Below, one piece after another: positions 1 to 9,501 of a stretch of DNA of 24,976 nucleotides. The stretch comes from Pseudobacteriovorax sp. (lineage in GTDB: Bacteria; Bdellovibrionota_B; Oligoflexia; Oligoflexales; Oligoflexaceae), in contig JBNKNM010000069.1 in assembly GCA_050293845.1 (NCBI GenBank), positions 1 to 24,976 on the forward strand, in the 5' to 3' direction. A model generated the notes under the pieces. The model was given only the letters and a program-made list of their open reading frames with translations, searched no databases and had not been told where the DNA came from. Position 1 is the first letter of the stretch, and each line of letters opens with the position of its first letter. The position numbers and the translations under genes are program-made.

Positions 1-2
1 CT

Positions 3-623
3 AAAAGTGATCTCGACCTTTCTCAGGCTTGCCACAGCTTAGCCTGCAACTGGGGCAAGGGAATCCTTCAGCTCACTCCTGGCTGGAACTATCAGATCGA
101 GGGTCGCGAGTACTTACCCCATGGTAATAGTCCGATGGTCTTAGTTGCCAACCACCAGTCTTCTGCAGACATTTGTGCACTTTTTACCACAGGTGTGCAG
201 TTTCGTTGGCTTTCCAAAGCGGAAGTATTTCGCATCCCTTTTATCGGTCAGGCCATGAAGTGGGCTGGTTATGTTCCCATCTCTCGTGGCAGTACGGAAA
301 GTCATCGACGCGCCCTAGTAAAGAGCAGAGACTGGCTAAAACAGGGAGTATCCATGGTATATTTTCCAGAGGGATCCCGCAGCGAAGATGGAAACCTAAA
401 AAATTTCAAGCCGGGGGCGTTTAGCCTAGCAGGAAAAGAGAATGTGCCTGTCTTGCCCATCGTTCTTAAAGGCACACGTCACATGATGGCAAAGAACTCA
501 CTATCACCCAACCCTGCAAAGGTCATAGTAAAAGTTCTCCCTCCCACAAGGAAGCAGGAAAATGAAACCATCGAGCAATTCAGTCAAAGGGTGAGGCTGG
601 CGATTCTTCAGCAGCTAAAATAA
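3..623 (+). CDS. plsC: 1-acyl-sn-glycerol-3-phosphate acyltransferase (PlsC/LPLAT family), 5'-truncated by the window edge
   Basis: NHQSxxD catalytic motif, plus the F.R and FPEGSRS acyltransferase motifs. The frame is open from base 3 (KSDLDLSQACHSLACNWGKGIL...EGREYLP) to the listed ATG at 135, so the true start lies upstream of the window. Confidence 0.9.
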   Translation, partial: KSDLDLSQACHSLACNWGKGILQLTPGWNYQIEGREYLPHGNSPMVLVANHQSSADICALFTTGVQFRWLSKAEVFRIPFIGQAMKWAGYVPISRGSTESHRRALVKSRDWLKQGVSMVYFPEGSRSEDGNLKNFKPGAFSLAGKENVPVLPIVLKGTRHMMAKNSLSPNPAKVIVKVLPPTRKQENETIEQFSQRVRLAILQQLK

Positions 624-651
624 TAGAACTGGCAGTCAAGTCAGTTCTATT
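622..651. terminator. Hairpin between convergent plsC and flgE; probable bidirectional terminator
   Basis: AATAGAACTGGC-AGTCAA-GTCAGTTCTATT forms a 12-bp stem with one G.U pair. A second small hairpin, TGCAGA/TCTGCA, follows at 663-680. Confidence 0.6.
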
Positions 652-693
652 GAAAGGGACTGTGCAGAACGTCATCTGCATAGAAAACGATTA

Positions 694-2013
694 TCAGCGT
701 TTCATATTGACAACTTCTTCAATCATAGTATCCGTAGTTGTGATAGAACGGGAGTTCGCTTGAAAACCCCTCTGGGCCCTTATCATCTCGACAAACTGTG
801 CTGCCATATCGACATTTGATTCTTCTAAAGTTGAAGCATAAATAGAACCCCGTACACCCGACTGTGGAACTCCCGTACGGGGGGCTCCGGATTCTACTGT
901 GGCATAAAATTGATTTCTTCCTGCCTTCATCAAGCCGTCCACATTTTCAAATGTGGATAGAGCGAAAGACCCCAGAGTTCTTTCCACTCCGTTGGTATAG
1001 TAGCCCTTTATCTTACCATCCAGTTCGATTTGCAAAGACTTTATGTTTCCCGATTCGTATCCATTTTGGCTGTGAAAAATCGTAACAGAGTCTGCCGCAA
1101 CAGCCGAAGAGGCCCCAACCCCATTACCTTCTTCATCTCCAATATTAACCCCAAAATCAATATCGATGAATTGGTTCGGTAATGCCCCTTTGGTAAAGTT
1201 AGCATCAAATTCAATAGTCTCTTCAGATAAAAGATTGCCAGCGCTATCGAACTTTACTATACCGCGACCTACTTGCTTCATCTTTTCACCATCCGCATCA
1301 GTGACTTCATTTCCATCAACTGTTGCAAACCATTCATAGCTTATCCCCTCATCATCCTCCAACCTTCTAAAAAAGGTGGTAAGAGCATGTTTCGTTCCGT
1401 GGCTATCAAATACGTTTAAGCTATTGACATAATTAGAAGTATCTTGAGCACGATTGATATCAAAATCCTCTTCGATAACTTCAGAACGCGAGTCTAGGTT
1501 AACATTCATAATGATCTTTTTGGTAGGTTCAGGAGGTAGGTTATTGGTCACAATCCGAATATCAGTAAGCTTAGGCGAAAGCCTGCCCGTTTGGTCTGCC
1601 TGATAGCCCTGCAGCCGACCTCCCGTTTTATCAGCAAGGAAACCATCCTTATCAAAGTTAAATGCTCCCACCCGCGTATAGAAAAGACCACCAGCTTCTT
1701 GCTTTTCGCCTTTTGGATTGCGGATCACAAAAAAACCGTTACCTTGTACAGCCAAGTCTGTTAATCGATCTGTGACCGATAACCCACCTTGGGTGTGAAT
1801 AGTTCTGACATCACTCAAGCGAGCACCACGACCCAACTGAGCCTGACCCACTGAGGTCCCCAAATCCATAGAGAGAAGATCGTCGAACTCCACCCGATCG
1901 TATTTAAACCCCTTAGCATTGCTGTTTGCTAAGTTGTTCGCAACCACAGACATACTATCAGACATTACAGAAAGACCAGTGATACCTGTGTAAAGAGCCT
2001 GAGTTATCGCCAT
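694..2013 (-). CDS. flgE: Flagellar hook protein FlgE
   Basis: N-terminal GITGL...VVANNLAN.N.GFK; DLAVQGNGFF; YTRVGAF.FDKDGFL; C-terminal LEESNVDMAAQFVEMIRAQRGFQANSRSITT. 439 aa with a FlaE-type middle region (FDSHGTKH). Confidence 0.95.
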   Translation of the reverse strand: MAITQALYTGITGLSVMSDSMSVVANNLANSNAKGFKYDRVEFDDLLSMDLGTSVGQAQLGRGARLSDVRTIHTQGGLSVTDRLTDLAVQGNGFFVIRNPKGEKQEAGGLFYTRVGAFNFDKDGFLADKTGGRLQGYQADQTGRLSPKLTDIRIVTNNLPPEPTKKIIMNVNLDSRSEVIEEDFDINRAQDTSNYVNSLNVFDSHGTKHALTTFFRRLEDDEGISYEWFATVDGNEVTDADGEKMKQVGRGIVKFDSAGNLLSEETIEFDANFTKGALPNQFIDIDFGVNIGDEEGNGVGASSAVAADSVTIFHSQNGYESGNIKSLQIELDGKIKGYYTNGVERTLGSFALSTFENVDGLMKAGRNQFYATVESGAPRTGVPQSGVRGSIYASTLEESNVDMAAQFVEMIRAQRGFQANSRSITTTDTMIEEVVNMKR

Positions 2014-2146
2014 ATTCCCCCCTAAGAAAGACGAGCGAAGTCGCTTAAAATTAATGATCTGTAATTAGACTAGCAAGGATCAGCGGTGAAGTGGGAATTG
2101 TTGCAGAAATTCAAGAATTAGTTCATAGCCATAGGCTTGACGGCAT

Positions 2147-2647
2147 TTAAGCCGTCATTTTAACTTTATTTAAGTTTCTTTGTTCGATATTTGGCGCGGA
2201 GCTAGATTGCTTTCCATGATCAGCAACAAATTTCTGGTATTCTTCCGGCTGCAACTTAGGTGAGGGAACCCCATCTGGCCGAGGATTTTCGATGACATCT
2301 TTCCATGCGGTATACAGAGTTTTTAATAAATCCTCCACAACCTTAAAACATTTATTATCATTGTTGATATTTCCCTCTATTAGCTTATCAATCATGAACA
2401 CATAGAGATTTTCAAGATCTGTAGCTAACTGCCCCCCGACTTTAAAATCAAGGGTAGCCATTAGTTCTGAGAGAATAGCAGTAGCTTTGCTAACATACTG
2501 CCCTTTAGTTGGAATATCACCTTCTTCCAAAGATTTTTGCGCATGCTTGACAAACCTTATGGCTCCTTCATATAGCATAAGCAATATTTTCTCTTGGCTT
2601 GCCGTTGTAACCTGGGTTTTCTGGTAATTACTATAGGGGTTTGTCAT
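2147..2647 (-). CDS. fliS: Flagellin export chaperone FliS with C-terminal extension
   Basis: Y..TQVTTAS.EKILLMLYEGAIRF, AILSELMATLD, LENLY.FM and AWK motifs; located directly downstream of fliD. Confidence 0.95.
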   Translation of the reverse strand: MTNPYSNYQKTQVTTASQEKILLMLYEGAIRFVKHAQKSLEEGDIPTKGQYVSKATAILSELMATLDFKVGGQLATDLENLYVFMIDKLIEGNINNDNKCFKVVEDLLKTLYTAWKDVIENPRPDGVPSPKLQPEEYQKFVADHGKQSSSAPNIEQRNLNKVKMTA

Positions 2648-2662
2648 GAAGCTCTCTCTTGT

Positions 2663-4012
2663 TTACGATTTTTTATTATTTTGTGCTGCAAATCGTTGCG
2701 CTAGGAAGTCTCCTTGAGCCTTCAATCCGGATAGTTGGCTTTCTAAGGAGGAGAATCGTCTTTTGATAGCCTCTTCTCGTTTTTCCATAGCTCTTTCTTT
2801 TTGCTCAATCTCTCGATCTTGGTTTTTTATGATGCTCTCTAAGGTCCGCACCTTAGTTCGCAAAACACCACCCTGGGGGTCCCTGAGATCTTTTACCGCT
2901 CGGGACAACCGAGCAGCTACGCCAAGTGATTGACGTCTTTGAACAAACAGAGCTGCAACACTATCATAATCTTCGGAGAGTGATTGACGAACTTTAGCCT
3001 CACTATATTTTAAGTTGCCTGTTTTGGGATCTGTTGTAATTCCTATCTCTCCCAAGGTATTATATTTCCTTCCAGTATTTATGGCTTGAACAACAGCATT
3101 CTGCAATCGACGCATAACAGTTCTAGTAGAGCTATCTCCAGCTAAAATGCCAGCCTTATTTGTATTGGCATCTACAATAAATTGGTCATTTATGTATGTG
3201 GAAATCTCGTTATATTTATCGATGAATGCCTTGATAGATTCAAGAGTTTTATCAACATCATAGGTAATATTTACTTGAATCCTAGTTCCAGGTTCAGATC
3301 GATGGACATTAAAAACGACGTTATCAACTAGAGCTTCCAAAATATTATCGTCATCTGTAACAGGAACATCCTCAAAAAGCACATCAAGATTTCTTCCGGT
3401 AACCTGCTCTTTAAATTCTAAAAATGTAGTATCTTCATCAACTTTAAGTTTAGCTTCTTTGCCTGATTTTTCACTAATAACCAAAAGCCTATAGGGATCA
3501 GGTTGGTATTTGGTATTGATAACCATGGCTTTGACCCCCCCTTCTGCATCGTTGATTTGTGTCGCCACGTCCTGCAATGTGGAACCGGGCTCTACGACAA
3601 CTTCCAAATCGTCCATGTCTTCGCGCTCAATAAGCATAAAACCAAATCCTACAGGAGTTTGATCCTTATCGGGGAACCCATAGGCCAATTCTTTTTCTGT
3701 CCTAGCAAGACCTCTAACCTCAAATTCATAAGTTCCTATGGTAGTTACCCCTTCTACAACACCATCTATGATATCTGGATGTGAAGATTCCACCTTAAGC
3801 TTATAAAAGTCAGTCTTATTCTTAAGTGCATTCAAGGTTGTGTCCAGCTCACTGACCAGATCTCTAATTTTTACAAATTCATCCTTTTCCTTAACCACTT
3901 TTTCTTTACGTTTTTTAGCACTTTCAATCGGTAATTTTTCGACTTCAATAAGTTGTTCAACCATTTTAGGATCAAAAAGCCCTGTTGTTGATCCTGGCAG
4001 TCTGATATCCAT
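2663..4012 (-). CDS. fliD: Flagellar filament cap protein FliD (HAP2)
   Basis: N-terminal GLFD..MVEQLIEVEK.P; TLQDVATQIN; FIDKYNE; G.LAGDS; LGEIGITTD; C-terminal coiled coil ending RFSSLESQLSGLKAQ. Confidence 0.93.
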   Translation of the reverse strand: MDIRLPGSTTGLFDPKMVEQLIEVEKLPIESAKKRKEKVVKEKDEFVKIRDLVSELDTTLNALKNKTDFYKLKVESSHPDIIDGVVEGVTTIGTYEFEVRGLARTEKELAYGFPDKDQTPVGFGFMLIEREDMDDLEVVVEPGSTLQDVATQINDAEGGVKAMVINTKYQPDPYRLLVISEKSGKEAKLKVDEDTTFLEFKEQVTGRNLDVLFEDVPVTDDDNILEALVDNVVFNVHRSEPGTRIQVNITYDVDKTLESIKAFIDKYNEISTYINDQFIVDANTNKAGILAGDSSTRTVMRRLQNAVVQAINTGRKYNTLGEIGITTDPKTGNLKYSEAKVRQSLSEDYDSVAALFVQRRQSLGVAARLSRAVKDLRDPQGGVLRTKVRTLESIIKNQDREIEQKERAMEKREEAIKRRFSSLESQLSGLKAQGDFLAQRFAAQNNKKS

Positions 4013-4040
4013 TTAGCACCTCACAATGTTTGCCATCTTC

Positions 4041-4070
4041 TACTGAAATTCGTTAATATGAACTTCAGTA
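4041..4070. promoter_or_regulatory. Imperfect inverted repeat in the 70-bp divergent fliD/GNAT gap
   Basis: TACTGAA-A-TTC-GTTAATAT-GAA-C-TTCAGTA, followed immediately by the AAGGAG RBS of the GNAT gene. Confidence 0.45.
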
Positions 4071-4082
4071 AAGGAGTCGACT

Positions 4083-4988
4083 ATGATAAACATTTCCCAT
4101 CCAAAAAATTTAATCTCCAGAAACAAATTACTTCAAAAAGTTTTACGACCTGAAAAAGCGATCATACCTATTGAGTCTGAGTATCCCACAGTTCTCACAA
4201 ATACTAATAGTAAATACAGTTATTGCCTCTACCATAAAGAGGAAATTATTGCCCATGCGAATCTCTGGCCAAGAAAACTTGTAGATAAAGGTCTAACAGT
4301 TACAACAGTTGGATTGATCGGTAACGTTGCAACTAAGGAGACATGGCAAGGCAAGGGTATCATGAAGTCATTGCTAAGCTACCTTACCGATAAAGGCCAA
4401 TCACTCGGCATGGACACACTGATCTTATGGAGTGATCTCAAACAATTTTATCATAAACTCGGATTTCAGGCACTGGGACATGAATGGCGATATCTAGTGC
4501 GATCACCAGACAAAATAGCCCCCCATAAATTCAAAATTATTGATCCTTTGACACTTACAGATCAGGATTTTTTAACACTGTTAAATTTAAGACCTTCTCT
4601 TAGATATAACCTTTCGCGAAGTACCGAAGAGTTTAGAACACTTCTTAAGATTCCTTATACTTACCTATTTATTTATAGGGAACACCACAAAATCTTGGGA
4701 TATGCCATTTGTGGCAAGGGTTATGATTTAAATGGGGTCGTACATGAATGGGGGTTCCAGAGGCCAGCTGATTTTCCACATGCTTGTGCTGATATATGTC
4801 ATGAACTGGGAATCAACTCATGTTATGTCCTAGTCCCCGAATCATGTCATCTTCACGAGACAAGTCACCTGATACCTTACTGTATAGAACAAAAAAGACA
4901 CGATATGTGCCTAGCTAAAATAATCGGCGATAACAATGTCAAAAGTAAAATAATTGACTCTTTTATATGGGGTCTTGATTCTATATGA
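4083..4988 (+). CDS. GNAT-family N-acetyltransferase (Eis-like, probably tandem GNAT fold)
   Basis: Acetyl-CoA-binding motif A IGNVATKETWQGKGIMKSLL; motif B ILWSDLKQFYHKLGF; AAGGAG RBS at 4071-4076. Confidence 0.85.
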   Translation: MINISHPKNLISRNKLLQKVLRPEKAIIPIESEYPTVLTNTNSKYSYCLYHKEEIIAHANLWPRKLVDKGLTVTTVGLIGNVATKETWQGKGIMKSLLSYLTDKGQSLGMDTLILWSDLKQFYHKLGFQALGHEWRYLVRSPDKIAPHKFKIIDPLTLTDQDFLTLLNLRPSLRYNLSRSTEEFRTLLKIPYTYLFIYREHHKILGYAICGKGYDLNGVVHEWGFQRPADFPHACADICHELGINSCYVLVPESCHLHETSHLIPYCIEQKRHDMCLAKIIGDNNVKSKIIDSFIWGLDSI

Positions 4989-5016
4989 TAGAGCCAAGAA
5001 TAAGGATCTCAGTAAC

Positions 5017-5859
5017 CTAATTTTGTAAAAGCTTTAGAGCCATTTCAGGGATAGAGTTCGCCTGCTGAAGGACCGATGTACCCGCTTGCATTAAAATATT
5101 ATTTTTAGTCAATTCACTTGTCTCACTAGCAATATCTACATCTTTTATACGAGATTTCGCTGCCGATAGGTTTTCAACGCTTACAGACAGATTCTTAATT
5201 GTTTTTTCTAGCCTATTATCTATCGCTCCGAGCTCACCACGAATAGATGAAACATCCTGAATGGCTGTATCGATAAAAGCCAAACTCCTTTGAGCATCTT
5301 CTTTGGACCTGATACCCAATTCTTCAAGTCCTAATTTATCTACATTTACATCAGATTTAAAGGCATCAAATGAAATGCGATCCACACCGAGCAGGTTCAG
5401 CCCCCCCGTATTCACTTGAATATCTAGAGTGCCACCTGTTCCATCTAAGAGAACAGTACCATTGAACTCAGTAACATTTGCTATGCGATCTATTTCTTCT
5501 TTTAAAGACTGATATTCCTCGTCAAGATAGCGTCTTTCCTCATCACCAATGGTATCACTGGCCGCCTGTACTCCCAATTCTCGCAATCGAATCAAAATAT
5601 TTTGAATCTCTTGCAACCCTCCTTCAGCTACCTGAATGAGAGAAATTCCGTCCGAAGCATTTCTTTGGGCTTGAATTAACCCCCTTGTCTTCGCACGCAA
5701 CTTTTCTGAAATAGCTAGTCCAGCGGCATCATCGCCCGCCTTATTAATGCGATAGCCACTAGCCAATCGCTCGATCGACTTGTCTAAAAGACGACGCGTA
5801 TTGCGCAAGTGACGCTGTGATGTCAGCGAAGACACATTGGTTGCAATTCGCAAACCCAT
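5017..5859 (-). CDS. fliC: Flagellin (short, essentially D0/D1 only, 280 aa)
   Basis: MGLRIATNV, ERLASGYRINKAGDDAAGLAISE, RNASDGISLIQVAEG, R..LGAIDNRL, AAKSRIKDVDIASE and QAGTSVLQQAN motifs; GGAGG RBS. Confidence 0.97.
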   Translation of the reverse strand: MGLRIATNVSSLTSQRHLRNTRRLLDKSIERLASGYRINKAGDDAAGLAISEKLRAKTRGLIQAQRNASDGISLIQVAEGGLQEIQNILIRLRELGVQAASDTIGDEERRYLDEEYQSLKEEIDRIANVTEFNGTVLLDGTGGTLDIQVNTGGLNLLGVDRISFDAFKSDVNVDKLGLEELGIRSKEDAQRSLAFIDTAIQDVSSIRGELGAIDNRLEKTIKNLSVSVENLSAAKSRIKDVDIASETSELTKNNILMQAGTSVLQQANSIPEMALKLLQN

Positions 5860-6011
5860 GCTGATTCCTCCGAAAAGTACCCTTGAAGGTAACGTCTTGT
5901 CATACGTTAGCGAGGATTAATTCACTTTGTAGTAGCGGTCTAAATAATTTTAGCACAGTTTTGGGCGTCATCACAACGCCCTAGAATCTCAAAGAAGGAG
6001 AATAGGTCTAA

Positions 6012-6947
6012 TTAGAGAAAGCTATTGATATCTTGCAACAAAGTTTTAGCCTTTGTACTGTCCACCATTCCAAAAGTGCCTAGGTAGTCGCTTTTTATCC
6101 AGTAACTTTCCTCTTTTTGCATATCGTTTTCCCATTTATAGAATGACAAAATTTCTACTTTATTGCCATCCTTCTGAAACTTCACTTGAAATTTATTATC
6201 AAGCTTTTCCAGTTTTTTACGCTCAGACTCGATTGGATATTTGGTGATTTTTAATTTTAACAAGGAGCTGATCCATGATCCTTCGCTTTGTAAGGGTTCT
6301 TTATCACCTGGTTTAGTCCAAAGAATTTGGTTTTTTTCATTTTTTGCTAAATTCATAGTTAGCTCTTTGCCGTTCTTTAAAATGACAACAGAACTTACAT
6401 CATCGCTAAGTTTAAATTTGTATGGGTGAGATTCAAATAGTCTGGCTTTCGGGTTACGTAATAGGTTTATCGGTTCCCTATTAATCAAGATAACCTTTTG
6501 CTTACTGACATCAAGTACATATATATTAGATGTTTGAAAGCTTCTCTTACCAATAACAAATTTTTTAAAAGAATCTGATTCGCCAATTTCAAAGTATTTA
6601 TTATCTTTATCAAGTTCGTAATCCGCTAAATTGAGATTTTTCGCATCGCCAATCACTTTCTCGGCAAATAACTTGAGCAGTTTATCCGTAACACGATTCA
6701 ATTGAGTACTTGACTTAAACTGCATTGGCGGCATAGGGGTATTATCAACTATTTTTTCAACCGTTACCCAATCACCCTTCACAGTGGTGATCTTCTTAGT
6801 ATCTGTATACTTAATCTGATACTCTGCATTGGGATTAGTTTCTAGCCATAATTCTCGATGAACATTCCCTCTTTTAGTAGGTAAAGAAGCCCAATAAGCC
6901 AAGCCCAAACTGACAACTAATAATAAAGGATAAAAGGAGTTTTTCAT
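6012..6947 (-). CDS. DUF4340-like periplasmic protein with N-terminal membrane anchor
   Basis: N-terminal hydrophobic helix; internal L..YEL...VIGK...YV pattern; last gene of a GldA/F/G-like operon, the usual position of DUF4340 genes; 4-bp overlap with the upstream gene. Confidence 0.65.
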   Translation of the reverse strand: MKNSFYPLLLVVSLGLAYWASLPTKRGNVHRELWLETNPNAEYQIKYTDTKKITTVKGDWVTVEKIVDNTPMPPMQFKSSTQLNRVTDKLLKLFAEKVIGDAKNLNLADYELDKDNKYFEIGESDSFKKFVIGKRSFQTSNIYVLDVSKQKVILINREPINLLRNPKARLFESHPYKFKLSDDVSSVVILKNGKELTMNLAKNEKNQILWTKPGDKEPLQSEGSWISSLLKLKITKYPIESERKKLEKLDNKFQVKFQKDGNKVEILSFYKWENDMQKEESYWIKSDYLGTFGMVDSTKAKTLLQDINSFL

Positions 6948-8776
6948 ACTATTTCTCCCTTCCGCTGTTTATTCACTATAAACCCTATTCCAAGAATGAG
7001 TAAGGGCACCAAATATATCGACCCATGAAATAAAAATAATTCCCGACTTTTTGAGTGCTGAATTTTTACATCTTCTTCACTACTGATTTCGCCAATGATT
7101 TGTTCCTGACCTATAAGCCATTTTACAGAGTCAAGTACTGTAAGCTGGTTACCAGCATTACTAAGAAGTGGGTCAGAAACCATTGTTGCATCAGCAAATA
7201 CGATAATCTTATTTTTTTCAGATTCTCCTGCCATAGCTATCGCGTATGCCTGTCTTTTTTCACCATCATCAAATTCAAGGTTGTTATTGCTATCAGCAAA
7301 TGTAGAGGGAAATGATTGAATAGTTTTTATAATCTTCCATTTGCCTTGTATTTTTTTAGAAGGTTCTAAATATCCTGATTGAAAAGTTAAAACTGCTAGG
7401 CGTTCTTCATTTTTTGCCAAACTTTTCACGGCAATATGAGAACTAAAGTTATTTGAGGCTAGAAACGTTCGATCAATTTTTTTACGCGTTGCCCTTATAT
7501 GCTTCTTTTCGTTAACTAACTTTTCTTTAAAATAAGCAAAACCATTGAGAGCTAAAAATTCTAATAAAGGATCACTTTCATCTTCAATAAAATCTCGTTT
7601 TTGACCGCCAAACTCAACATCCAAGAATACAAGCAGAGAACCTCCATTTGCCATGTAACTCTGTAAAGCTTCAACTTCACGGCTAGAGTATCGTCGGGAT
7701 GCTCCCACGATGGCGACAGTATCAGCATCATCAGGGATTTCTAAATAACCTTCTTGAGCAGGATTTAGAGTTCTTACATTGTAATTTAGAGTTCGCAATA
7801 ATTTGGCCAAATGACTTGCGGATCTTATGCGATTTTTCTGGCTTTTAATACTCATCTCGCCATGACCTTGGGCGAAGTAGATATTCTTCTTCTCTGCGGT
7901 AATAGCTAAAAAAGCCTTTTGAAATCGTTCATCTAGCTTCTTGAGTTTGCTGCGCGCCGCTGCGAGATCTTCCGACAGATCAATGCGCTGTCTATTCTTT
8001 TCGGTCATCAAGATGATTTGTCCGTTCCTAGCCACACGAAATTTTTCGGCTTCAACCGGAGCAAAGTCCTTATCATAGTAATTTAAGACAACTTGTTCAT
8101 TGTAACTCGCTATTCTATCAAGGTATTCTCTTACGAGAGGCCCCACATCACTGTCCCTCTTGAAGAAGGCAGCCATTTGCACCTCTTTCTTATTTAATTC
8201 CACAATTGACTGAGTCGACTCACCTGGAAGTGACGTCTTTAAATAGCTAAGGTCAAATCCCTTATCTTTTTTTACAGCTGTATAATTGATTGCAATAAGA
8301 GAACACAGTAGTATACCTGTTTTAAGCCAGGCTTTTAACTGCTGGGATACCCTATGAGGATCTGCTGAATGCGCGGACCCACTACCACGAATACCCAGCT
8401 CGACACCAATTCCCATACTCAGCCCTAAAACCAAACTCACCAACCAAAGGGCTAAGAAAGTTTTTTGTACGACAGAGCCTGGCATTTTAGCTTCACCCAT
8501 GACAGCTAGATAAGCAAAGTAGAATCCACAGCTCACTAAAACTGTAAGTTTCCATAGCATGGCATATTGCCAGTTCCTAACCTCTTTTTCGAAACCCTTA
8601 CTTTTAGCGCTGGCCAGATTACGCAGAACAATAATAAAGGCTAAGGTGTAAAACAGAAAGCTCAAAACCAAACCAGCAGGATAGAAATCATAGTCTGAAA
8701 GATAACGTTCTGAAGTAAAGAATAATCCTATAGCTATAATCATAAATGATAGTCTACCGGAGATAAAACTGCTCAT
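6944..8776 (-). CDS. GldG-like ABC transporter auxiliary protein (ABC_transp_aux/GIFT domain) with multi-TM N-terminus
   Basis: INY....FDLS.....LP.ESTQ; IYFAQGHGE; IP.DAD.V.IVG..R.Y...E...L..Y...GGSLLVFLD; GNQL..LDSVKWL; C-terminal TM helix. Confidence 0.8.
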   Translation of the reverse strand: MSSFISGRLSFMIIAIGLFFTSERYLSDYDFYPAGLVLSFLFYTLAFIIVLRNLASAKSKGFEKEVRNWQYAMLWKLTVLVSCGFYFAYLAVMGEAKMPGSVVQKTFLALWLVSLVLGLSMGIGVELGIRGSGSAHSADPHRVSQQLKAWLKTGILLCSLIAINYTAVKKDKGFDLSYLKTSLPGESTQSIVELNKKEVQMAAFFKRDSDVGPLVREYLDRIASYNEQVVLNYYDKDFAPVEAEKFRVARNGQIILMTEKNRQRIDLSEDLAAARSKLKKLDERFQKAFLAITAEKKNIYFAQGHGEMSIKSQKNRIRSASHLAKLLRTLNYNVRTLNPAQEGYLEIPDDADTVAIVGASRRYSSREVEALQSYMANGGSLLVFLDVEFGGQKRDFIEDESDPLLEFLALNGFAYFKEKLVNEKKHIRATRKKIDRTFLASNNFSSHIAVKSLAKNEERLAVLTFQSGYLEPSKKIQGKWKIIKTIQSFPSTFADSNNNLEFDDGEKRQAYAIAMAGESEKNKIIVFADATMVSDPLLSNAGNQLTVLDSVKWLIGQEQIIGEISSEEDVKIQHSKSRELFLFHGSIYLVPLLILGIGFIVNKQRKGEIV

Positions 8777-9501
8777 CCTTGCAACCTCCTAGTTTCCAGC
8801 GAATGAATGGAGCACTCAATAAAAAAGATTGCCATACTCAAGTAATATAAAATATCTTTTATGTGCACAATCCCTTTAGAAAAAGGATTAAATCTCTGGT
8901 TATGTATGGCCATAAATGAAAATAAGCTAGAGAATGGTTCATCTACCTTGTCCGCCATCAACCATAGTAAAAGCAATACTACGGTAATCGAAGCTCCCGT
9001 TACAGCAGCGATTAGTTGGTTTGGAGCCACAACACTACCAAACATGGCGATAGCGATGACTGCAGATCCCAGGAGAGTTATTCCTAGATAACCTGATATT
9101 ATATGACCAAAAGAAACCTTACCTTCAATAAAAATTAAAGCGGGAATATAAACAGAGATAATCTGTAGTACCACAAAAACGGCTAACGCCGAAAAAAACT
9201 TCCCAAGAATCAATTCTCTTTCAGTAATCGGAGAAGTATAAAAAAGGACAATTGTTCCATTTTGCTTTTCTTCAGCAAGCAATCGCATGGATAAAAAGAC
9301 AGCTGCTACCATACCGATACCACTGCTTAAGAAAAAGAAGTCCTTTAAAACTTCGGAAGAAAATTTTGCCTGATTACCAATGGCGTAGGTATTAAAGAGA
9401 AAACCATTAATTAACAAAGCTGCACTAATAATAATGTAGCCCATCCAAGTATTAAAAAAAGCTTCTAGTTCTCTCCGAGCGATGAGTAGTACCTTATTCA
9501 T
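8773..9501 (-). CDS. ABC-2 type transporter permease (GldF-like)
   Basis: IARREL.AFF; SMRLLAEEKQNGT..L.YTSPI...LILGKF; about 6 TM helices; ATGA overlaps with its neighbours. Confidence 0.9.
   Translation of the reverse strand: MNKVLLIARRELEAFFNTWMGYIIISAALLINGFLFNTYAIGNQAKFSSEVLKDFFFLSSGIGMVAAVFLSMRLLAEEKQNGTIVLFYTSPITERELILGKFFSALAVFVVLQIISVYIPALIFIEGKVSFGHIISGYLGITLLGSAVIAIAMFGSVVAPNQLIAAVTGASITVVLLLLWLMADKVDEPFSSLFSFMAIHNQRFNPFSKGIVHIKDILYYLSMAIFFIECSIHSLETRRLQG

Noticed and set aside
4021..4035. Sigma54-like TGGCA... upstream of fliD
   Set aside because: It lacks the -12 GC and is too close to the start codon.
5930..5962. Sigma28 promoter for fliC (TAAA...ACCGCTAC on the minus strand)
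   Set aside because: Spacing is about 9 nt instead of 15 and the -10 match is poor.
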